From positions 1-19,261 of the forward strand of contig JBBQPO010000099.1 in the NCBI GenBank assembly GCA_038217285.1: a stretch of 19,261 bases of DNA, given 5' to 3'. Positions 1 through 6,626 of this stretch are shown piece by piece (positions within the stretch are counted from its first letter, which is position 1; each line of letters starts with the position of its first letter). This DNA is from Chthonomonadales bacterium (lineage in GTDB: Bacteria; Armatimonadota; Chthonomonadetes; Chthonomonadales; Chthonomonadaceae). Below the pieces are notes generated by a model. It saw only the letters and a list, made by a program, of their open reading frames with translations. It was not told the origin of the DNA and did not search any database. A program made the translations under genes and the position numbers.

Positions 1-141
1 CCTTCAAGTCTCGGCAGGAATCCTGATCTTCTTTCGCAATCGTCACGTGACGATTCAGACTGGCTGCAAAGCCTGTTCAACCCGACAGGTCATCCACCTT
101 AAGCAAGGCAAAAAATTGTCTTGACAAATGGGGTCACTATA
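1..141 (+). mobile_element. Probable right end of an IS3-family insertion sequence (partial)
   Basis: Sequence 91-141 (catccaccttaagcaaggcaaaaaattgtcttgacaaatggggtcactata) resembles IS3-family right termini as I recall them. Frame 2 ends ...IHLKQGKKLS* (TGA 122-124). Methyltransferase-like coding similarity starts abruptly right after it. No transposase catalytic motif is visible in the window. Confidence 0.4.
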
Positions 142-299
142 TCCAGTGTATATACCCGAAGCACTCGAAGACCATCATAGACGAGATTGACCGAGTATTA
201 GCACGGCATTACGGATTTACGGATGAGGAACTGGATTTCATTATCAACTATGACATCAAGTACCGGTTGGGGCGGGGCGGCGATGACGAGAACGAGTAA
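141..299 (+). pseudogene. C-terminal remnant of an Eco57I/type IIG-like restriction-modification DNA methyltransferase
   Basis: Frame 3 reads IQCIYPKHSKTIIDEIDRVLARHYGFTDEELDFIINYDIKYRLGRGGDDENE* (TAA 297-299), the typical 'IDEID..LA.HYG.T.EELDFI.NYDIKYR' tail of such enzymes. The frame is closed upstream by TGA at 48-50 and has no plausible start. Confidence 0.7.
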
Positions 300-321
300 A
301 GCCAAATAAGGAGGCAGTCGA

Positions 322-1653
322 ATGCGTGTGCAGCATGAAGTGCAGGATGGTTTGTACGGCAGAATTCAGTTTGACAGTCTTGAAAAACGTCTAATCGACT
401 CGGCTCCCTTTCAGCGCCTCCGACATATCCACCAACTTGCAATGTGCTATCAGGTCTATCCCGGTGCAACGCACAAGCGGTTTGAACACTCGCTCGGTGT
501 CATGGAGGTCGCCAGTCGCATCTTCGACACGATCTTCGATCCGCGCAACATACGAGATAACGTCCGTGAGCGTATAGCCGAAGAGCTGGAACCACAGCAG
601 TTTCAATACTGGAAACGCGTGGTGCGACTGGCCGCTTTGCTTCACGACATCGGCCATTTACCCTTTTCCCATGCGGCGGAGAAGGAACTTCTTCCGTCCG
701 GCTGGAATCATGAGCGCATCACCGTGGAGATGTTGCGCCATTCCGAAATTGCCGATATTCTCCGAGATGCCAGTCCTCCTGTGCGCCCTGAAGACGTGAT
801 AGATGCCGCCTGGGACATTAGCAAGCGTGTCAACGTCGAAACGGTTAATTTGTCCCCTTGGAAGACCCTGCTGAACGAAATCTTGACCAGCAATACTTTC
901 GGCGCAGATCGCATCGATTATCTGTTGCGTGATTCGTGGCATGCTGGGGTATCGTATGGGCGTTTCGACACCAATAGCCTGATAAGCGGGTTGAGGGTCA
1001 TCATCGATCCTGAAGATCAAGAGATTGCAATCGGACTGGAGATCAGCGGTATCCACGCTGCCGAAGCTTTGTTGCTTGCTCGCTATTTCATGTACACTCA
1101 GGTCTATCTCCACGATGTCCGGAGGGCTTACGATGCCCATCTGAAAGCATTCTTGCAAGTCTGGATTGACGGGGGCAAGTTTTCCAGTCAGTGGCGAGAC
1201 ATGCTTCGGGTTACGGACAACGATGTTCTGGTGGCGTTGCATCGAGCGGCATTGGATGAGACCGATCCGTTTCATGCACCGGCAGCCTTGCTGATGAACA
1301 GGCAACATTTCCGCACGGTTTACAGTCAGGTCGCGGCGCATAAACTGCGCTGTCCCACGGTTCTGGACGATGTTCTGAGGTACGCTCAAGAGCAGTTCGG
1401 AACGGAAAACGTCCTCAAAGACCACTATCTGGCGAAATCGGAACCAAATGAGTTCTTTGTCCTCACAACGAGCGGTTCTATTGAAAATGCTAGACAGATT
1501 TCGGGTATAATAGATAATGTACCCGTCATGGAAGTCGGGCTGATTTTCGTCGAGCCGAATCTGGAAGAACAAGCGAAGCGTCAAATAGACGCGCATTTGA
1601 AAACGTTGTTGAAGGAACCAGAGAGCCTTACGATGGAGAGGAACGAACAATGA
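322..1653 (+). CDS. HD-domain phosphohydrolase, SAMHD1/YwfO(YdhJ)-like putative dNTP triphosphohydrolase
   Basis: Motifs FQRLRHIHQL..VYPGATHKRFEHSLG, AALLHDIGHLPFSH, HE, DRIDYLLRD and ARYFMYTQVYLH. RBS AAGGAGG at 308-314. Confidence 0.92.
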   Translation: MRVQHEVQDGLYGRIQFDSLEKRLIDSAPFQRLRHIHQLAMCYQVYPGATHKRFEHSLGVMEVASRIFDTIFDPRNIRDNVRERIAEELEPQQFQYWKRVVRLAALLHDIGHLPFSHAAEKELLPSGWNHERITVEMLRHSEIADILRDASPPVRPEDVIDAAWDISKRVNVETVNLSPWKTLLNEILTSNTFGADRIDYLLRDSWHAGVSYGRFDTNSLISGLRVIIDPEDQEIAIGLEISGIHAAEALLLARYFMYTQVYLHDVRRAYDAHLKAFLQVWIDGGKFSSQWRDMLRVTDNDVLVALHRAALDETDPFHAPAALLMNRQHFRTVYSQVAAHKLRCPTVLDDVLRYAQEQFGTENVLKDHYLAKSEPNEFFVLTTSGSIENARQISGIIDNVPVMEVGLIFVEPNLEEQAKRQIDAHLKTLLKEPESLTMERNEQ

Positions 1654-2171
1654 ACACGACAAAACACAGGTTACTTCTGGAAGTCATAGAACGATTAAAC
1701 AGCCACGGAAGTTGGACAGGCAAAACGCATGTCCAGAAGACGGTATTCCTACTGGACGCTTCCAAAAAGTTGGACATGCCGTTCCTATTCGTGTTATACA
1801 AACACGGCCCCTATTCGTTCGACATCGAAAACGAGTTACAGGAGATGCGAAGTTATGGCGCTATCGAATCCATATCTGTTGCGAGCTATGGGGTGACGCT
1901 CAAGCCGTCTCAGAATGCCGGGTGGCTCGAAGCGCAGGAGATTTTAACGCCAGATCAAGAGCAGCAAATCGAGCAGATGTGCGGGTTCGTGAAGGCACGC
2001 AATGTGACGGAGTTGGAACGTCTCGCGACAGCCGCATGGATTCGTACGCAAGAACATATAACTGATCCCGAACGCATTGCAGGACGCCTGCACGAACTCA
2101 AACCGCATATTTCCGTCGCGGAAGCTCTGCAAGCCGACAATGAGATTGCTTCTATTCTCGGTTGTGTCTGA
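1650..2171 (+). CDS. YwgA-like / SocA(DUF4065)-like helical protein
   Basis: GKTHVQKTVFLL...F..YKHGPYS.DIE.EL and LE..AT motifs. ATGA overlap with the HD gene stop. Confidence 0.72.
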   Translation: MNTTKHRLLLEVIERLNSHGSWTGKTHVQKTVFLLDASKKLDMPFLFVLYKHGPYSFDIENELQEMRSYGAIESISVASYGVTLKPSQNAGWLEAQEILTPDQEQQIEQMCGFVKARNVTELERLATAAWIRTQEHITDPERIAGRLHELKPHISVAEALQADNEIASILGCV

Positions 2172-2250
2172 GGCAGAAGCAAAGTAGTCGAACAGACTGT
2201 CAATCCGATGGGTTGCCTGATTGCCCAAACATATAATCCGAGGAGAATCA

Positions 2251-2286
2251 CAACCGCCCTGCGATATCGTCGCAGGGCAGTTGATT
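2251..2286. terminator. GC-rich hairpin between the convergent HD operon and tRNA-Sec (probable terminator, possibly bidirectional)
   Basis: gccctgcga (2256-2264) pairs with tcgcagggc (2270-2278), extendable by caac/gttg. Only short U-rich tails on either strand. Confidence 0.55.
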
Positions 2287-2292
2287 TGCAAA

Positions 2293-2390
2293 TGGCGGGA
2301 GTGGGTGGGAATCGAACCCACCGGAGCCGGATTAGCCGACTCCCAAACGGTTTTGAAGACCGCGCAGGACACCAGTCCCGATTCACCCCC
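2293..2390 (-). tRNA. selC: tRNA-Sec (anticodon UCA)
   Basis: Minus strand folds as GGGGGTGA AT CGGGAC TGGT GTCCTG C GCGGT CTTCAAA ACCGT TTG GGAGTCGG CTAAT CCGGCTCC G GTGGG TTCGATT CCCAC CCACTCCC GCCA. It is 98 nt with a 6-bp D stem and 4-nt loop, long variable arm, G discriminator and encoded CCA. Confidence 0.97.
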
Positions 2391-2423
2391 ATGAACGCTG
2401 TCAAATTGTGTCGTCGCGAGACG

Positions 2424-2819
2424 TCAGTCGCTTTTGACGAGGGCGGCGTGATGTTTGGCGCCGAGCAGAACGCCGCAGAAGGTCTCACTGCCAAGCAGAA
2501 CCGTGAAGCAAAAGAGATAGATCAACCCGATGAGCGGCCCTTGCCACAGGGTGACGAAGCAGAGCAAGGGGCCGATGAGATAGAGCGGCATGAAGACGGT
2601 CAGCAGGCTCCACCAGAGGCTTGGACGTTTGGCACGGCTCGGTCCTACGCAGAGTCCGACGGTGAATCCCCACGTGAACTGTATACCGAGAATCGACCAG
2701 ATAAAGACGTGTATCGACCAGATGGGCATACTTTCCAGATGAAACAGGCAGAGCCATACGATGCAGACGAAGAGATGGAGCCAGAGCAGCGATTTCGACA
2801 GTGCTTGTACTTTTTTCAT
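2424..2819 (-). CDS. Small polytopic membrane protein of unknown function (~4 TM)
   Basis: 131 aa with several hydrophobic Trp/Leu/Phe-rich stretches. AAGGA upstream of the ATG. Co-oriented between selD and selC. Confidence 0.7.
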   Translation of the reverse strand: MKKVQALSKSLLWLHLFVCIVWLCLFHLESMPIWSIHVFIWSILGIQFTWGFTVGLCVGPSRAKRPSLWWSLLTVFMPLYLIGPLLCFVTLWQGPLIGLIYLFCFTVLLGSETFCGVLLGAKHHAALVKSD

Positions 2820-2943
2820 CGGTTATCCTTCGCGCAGTACGGAGACCGCTTCTCCCAACAACACTCCTGCACCTACTGACGAGCAAAAACGCCTTCACGT
2901 TGCATCTATTTGACGCGGCGACATCAAAATCCTGTTTAGCTGT

Positions 2944-4017
2944 TTAGCGGAGGGTCAAGATCGGTGTATCGGAGGCGACGATGCGCCCGATGACGCTGCG
3001 CACCGCGACGTTCTGACGTTCCAGAGCGAGAAGAAGATCGGCGACAGCCTCTTCGCGGACGATGATGGCGAGCCCGCCGGAGGTCTGCGGGTCGAGCAGG
3101 ACGCTCAGGAGGTCGGAAGAGACCTCGGGGCCGATGTGCAGACAGTCTGTGAGGTAGGCAAGGTTCTCTTTGCCGCCGCGCGTCACGTTGCCTGCCGCCG
3201 CCATGCGTTCGACCTCAGGGAGCAGGGGAACGGCGGCGCTGTCGATCTCGATCCCAACTCCGCTCGCCTTCGCCATGTGGTACAGATGACCGCAGAGGGC
3301 GAATCCGGTAATATCGGTGGCGGCGTGGATCGCACCGGTCGGCCCGATCCCCATCTGCCGCATCGCCTCGGCGGCTCCCGCATTCAGGGACGCCATGCTG
3401 CGGCAGGCCGCTGCCAGCACGTCAGGGTCGCACGCATCGAATTTCGCGGCGGTGGTCACGATGCCCGTCCCGAGGGGTTTGGTCAGCACGATTCGGTCAC
3501 CAGGTCGCGCGCCCGCATTGGTGGCGATATGCGCGGGGTCGATCAGGCCGGTGACCGAGAGGCCGAACTTCGGCTCCGGATCGTCCACGCTATGCCCGCC
3601 GACAAGCGTGACGCCCGCTTCCGCGACCTTGTCCGCGCCGCCGCGCAAGATATCCATCAGCTCACGCGGATCGCGGTCATGGATGGGAAAGCAGAGGATA
3701 TTCATCGCCGTCAGAGGCTTCCCGCCCATGGCGTAGACGTCGGAGAGCGCATTGGCGGCGGCGATCTGACCGTACAGATAAGGATCGTCCACGATGGGCG
3801 TGAAAAAGTCGAGCGTCTGCACGAGCGCGACGTTTTCGGCCACGCGGTAGACACCCGCATCATCGCCGGTTGTCAGTCCGACGAGCAGGTTGGCATCGCC
3901 GGGAATGTTGAGATCACGCAGCACCTGCGTGAGTTGGGCTGGCCCAATCTTGCCGGCTCAACCGGCGCAACGCACCAGATGCGTCAGACGCGGACGCTGA
4001 TCCACGATTTCGCTCAC
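2944..4017 (-). CDS. selD: Selenide, water dikinase (selenophosphate synthetase); selenoprotein with Sec at codon 20
   Basis: From GTG 4017 (GAGGAG RBS): MSEIVDQRPRLTHLVRCAG-U(TGA 3960-3958)-AGKIGPAQL, continuing in frame into DDAGVY, QTLDFFTPIVDDP, AANALSDVYAMGG, GGHS, TDITGF and DPQTSGGL. Confidence 0.96.
3932..3950 (-). promoter_or_regulatory. Putative bacterial SECIS hairpin of selD
   Basis: Directly 3' of the UGA: AG-A-UUGGG-CCAG-CCCAA-CU, a 7-bp stem with a bulged A. The loop starts 16 nt after the UGA. Confidence 0.55.
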
Positions 4018-4044
4018 CTCTCCTCACCTCCTCTCCCAGTTCGT

Positions 4045-5196
4045 TTACGCCCGACCCACCGGAACCTTGCTTGCCTCGATTGTTTCGGCCAGCGGCTCCA
4101 GGGTGCTCAATGCCTTGCAAACAGCGACGTAGAGTTCCTCATCTGCGGTAGCCATGCTGGAGCAGGAGAATGCCCGCAGTCCGTCGATGGCACGGGTATC
4201 GCCCAGGCGCTCGGCGGTACGGACGATCTCCAGATGCAGTTCTCGCCTTCCATAACGATACAGGCCGCTGGCCGAGGAGGCGTACAACATGAACAGCCGA
4301 TAGAGTTGGTTTCGATGGCTTGCAGACAGGATGTTCGCGTAGGTGGAAGGGGTCAACCGCGGCAGCAGTTGGCGCAAAGCCAACATCGACGTCGCATAGA
4401 CATGAAAATCAGGTTTCTCTGCCCGCATCTGATCGCAAACGCTGACGATGTGGTGCGAAAGGCCTTCCATGGGGCCGAAATCGAGGCGAACAGCCAGATG
4501 TTCAAGACAGTTTTTGGCGGCTTCGCGAACAACCGTAGCCGTGTCCGTTACCGCTTCCCCTGTCGCGAGCAGGTAGACCACGCCCAGGCTGCTCTCGTCT
4601 CCCGCCTTCTGGAGGGCCGTGAGAACGCTCAGGCGCAGTTCCAGGTTGCTGTCACGGTGAACGTAGCTCAAAGCGTCATACAGATAAACGCGTTGCGTGG
4701 GCGTCAGTCCCTGCAAGGTTTTCTGCGTGATTTGCGGCAACAGCCGGATCAACTGTTCCTTCGCGGGCGCTTGCAGCGAATAGGCCCGCAGATGGAGACC
4801 CTCGAGCAGAGAGCCAAGACTCCCTGCCTCCTCGCTCTGCAGGAGAGCTGCCAGCGCGGCCTTTTCCAGTCGGGTCGGGAACCAGGCTAACGCGGAGAGC
4901 GACAGGAGGATGAGCCCCCCCGCTCCAAACGCCGCGATAGACCCGCCGAATGGGTAGGAACGCGCCGCGACCGCCACGGATCCCACCAGGAGGAGAGAAC
5001 CGGACAGAGCCGTCACTTTCGCTCGGGCCCGTCTTTTCTTACGTTCCTTTGCGATGGTGCGCGTCAGCAGTTGAACACTCCTGGGGCCGCGTCGGCTCAG
5101 GATGGCTCGCGCTTTGTCGCGGTGCTTCCGTGGCAGCAACGCGACGACATTCGCATGGTTCGAGGGATGACTTTCGAGTTCCGATAGGTCGGGCAT
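4045..5196 (-). CDS. Membrane-anchored helical (HEAT-like) repeat protein, paralog 2
   Basis: 383 aa with two N-terminal TM helices, then two related helical modules. Clearly alignable to 5223..6530 (e.g. identical ELHLEIVRTAERLGDT). Confidence 0.85.
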   Translation of the reverse strand: MPDLSELESHPSNHANVVALLPRKHRDKARAILSRRGPRSVQLLTRTIAKERKKRRARAKVTALSGSLLLVGSVAVAARSYPFGGSIAAFGAGGLILLSLSALAWFPTRLEKAALAALLQSEEAGSLGSLLEGLHLRAYSLQAPAKEQLIRLLPQITQKTLQGLTPTQRVYLYDALSYVHRDSNLELRLSVLTALQKAGDESSLGVVYLLATGEAVTDTATVVREAAKNCLEHLAVRLDFGPMEGLSHHIVSVCDQMRAEKPDFHVYATSMLALRQLLPRLTPSTYANILSASHRNQLYRLFMLYASSASGLYRYGRRELHLEIVRTAERLGDTRAIDGLRAFSCSSMATADEELYVAVCKALSTLEPLAETIEASKVPVGRA

Positions 5197-5222
5197 GGTG
5201 ATTGATCTTGTTCCCTGCGCAC

Positions 5223-6530
5223 TTACCGGCCAGGGTCTTCTGTTCGTTGGAGCAGCACAGCACTGCTCTCCTCAGAGGTTAGATTAGCGCGGACGGGTGC
5301 GCATTCCTGCTTTGGGATCGAAGCGCGTAGGAGCTCGTTCGGCGCTGTCGCTGATTCGGCGGGGGCGGCGGCGCGGAGCAACTCCCCAGGTTGGGCAGCG
5401 GGAGCCGATGTGCCGCGCAGCAGCGTCTTGCTCTCCTTCTCTCGCTCCACCAGCGGCTCCAGAACGCCCATCGCCTGACGAACGGCCTCTTTTACCGGCC
5501 CGTCGTTGGTGGCGTGAATGTAAGTCCGGAGGGCTTTGACAGCGCAGGTGTCGCCCAGGCGCTCGGCGGTACGGACAATTTCCAGATGCAGCTCACCACT
5601 TCCATAGGAATGCACCTGCGATACAAGCAGCCCATAGAGACGGCTCCGGTGCTGGACCGACAGAATGCTGCGATAGTTGGCAGAAGTCAACTGCGGCAGC
5701 AGTTGACGCAGTGTCAGCGCACATGTGGCATAGACATGAAACTCGATAGCCTCCTGCTGCATCTGGGCGCAGGTGTTGTCTATATACTGAGGAAGATCCT
5801 CCAGGTGGCCGAATTCCAGGCGAACCAGCAGATGTTCCACACAGGTTCTGGCGGCTTCGCGAACGGTCCGCGCGGTAGGCGTGGCCGCCTCGCCGGTCGC
5901 GAGCAGGTAGACGGTTCCCAGACAGGCATGACCGCCCGCCTGTTGCAGAGCGGCCAGAACAGCGAGTCGCAGATCGAGATCGCTGTCGCGCTGATTGTAG
6001 TTCATGAGACCGTGGACTGTCGCGCGTTGGGTCGGCGTGAGGCTTTCGAAAGACTCCGGAGTGAGCTGAGGCAACAGTCGGATTAACTTTGCCTTCGTTC
6101 TTTCGCTTGTAGGAGAGGAGAGCAGAGCGACGGTTTTCAGCAACGCACCCATGCTGCGCATATCTTCGCTGTGCAGGGCGGTTTCCAGTGCGGCCTCTTC
6201 AAGATTTGTGGGGCTAACGCGTAAGATGGGAACGACTAACAGAACGCCGCCGCCAAGCAGGGCGATTGCAGCCAGCCAGCCGGATGCGTTGAAAAATGGG
6301 ACGGCAGCCAAAGCGATGCCCAGCAGGAGCGCGCCGAGCAAAGCGATCCGTACGCTACTTATCCGCCTTTTCGCCTGCTCGTTCGATACCAGATCGCATA
6401 GCAGTTCCAGGCTCTCGGCATTGCCCCTGTTCAGAATCTCGCGCGCATTAGCGCGCTCCGTCTGCGGCAGCCGTGCGACCACATTCTCCAAAAATGAGGC
6501 GTACTTTTCCGGTTCCAATAAGTCGGGCAT
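5223..6530 (-). CDS. Membrane-anchored helical (HEAT-like) repeat protein with C-terminal 'LLR[AG]' repeats, paralog 1
   Basis: 435 aa with 2 TM helices, two helical modules and the tail TLLRGT..ELLRAA..ELLRAS. GGAGG RBS. Confidence 0.85.
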   Translation of the reverse strand: MPDLLEPEKYASFLENVVARLPQTERANAREILNRGNAESLELLCDLVSNEQAKRRISSVRIALLGALLLGIALAAVPFFNASGWLAAIALLGGGVLLVVPILRVSPTNLEEAALETALHSEDMRSMGALLKTVALLSSPTSERTKAKLIRLLPQLTPESFESLTPTQRATVHGLMNYNQRDSDLDLRLAVLAALQQAGGHACLGTVYLLATGEAATPTARTVREAARTCVEHLLVRLEFGHLEDLPQYIDNTCAQMQQEAIEFHVYATCALTLRQLLPQLTSANYRSILSVQHRSRLYGLLVSQVHSYGSGELHLEIVRTAERLGDTCAVKALRTYIHATNDGPVKEAVRQAMGVLEPLVEREKESKTLLRGTSAPAAQPGELLRAAAPAESATAPNELLRASIPKQECAPVRANLTSEESSAVLLQRTEDPGR

Positions 6531-6554
6531 GGTGTCGTTTTCGTCCTCCGCAGG

Positions 6555-6580
6555 AATTTGATTAAATCAAATTTTGATTT
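6555..6580. promoter_or_regulatory. AT-rich overlapping double palindrome (candidate operator or RNA switch)
   Basis: AATTTGATT-A-AATCAAATT (6555-6573) overlaps AAATCAAA-T-TTTGATTT (6564-6580), just upstream of the RBS of 5223..6530. Confidence 0.45.
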
Positions 6581-6626
6581 TGCGGTGATCCCGAATTTTC
6601 CGGACGTAAGAGGCTGGGCATGGCGG

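Noticed and set aside
121-154. Perfect TTGACA at 121-126 as an outward IS promoter driving the HD operon
   Set aside because: No acceptable -10 hexamer at 16-18 nt spacing (cagtgt/agtgta). TATATA is 22 nt away.
2208-2879. 223-aa plus-strand ORF and the minus-strand ORFs 1944-2372 and 1955-2494
   Set aside because: They overlap the tRNA-Sec and the better-supported membrane gene, and show no protein motifs.
3136-4890. 584-aa plus-strand ORF and other long antisense ORFs (658-1662, 7632-8870, 9548-10414, 13496-14473, 16133-17068, 17305-18267)
   Set aside because: Shadow frames opposite well-supported genes, expected in high-GC DNA. No motifs.
6558-6570. FNR box
   Set aside because: Spacing is TTGAT-N3-ATCAA, not the N4 of FNR. 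Kept only as an unassigned palindrome.
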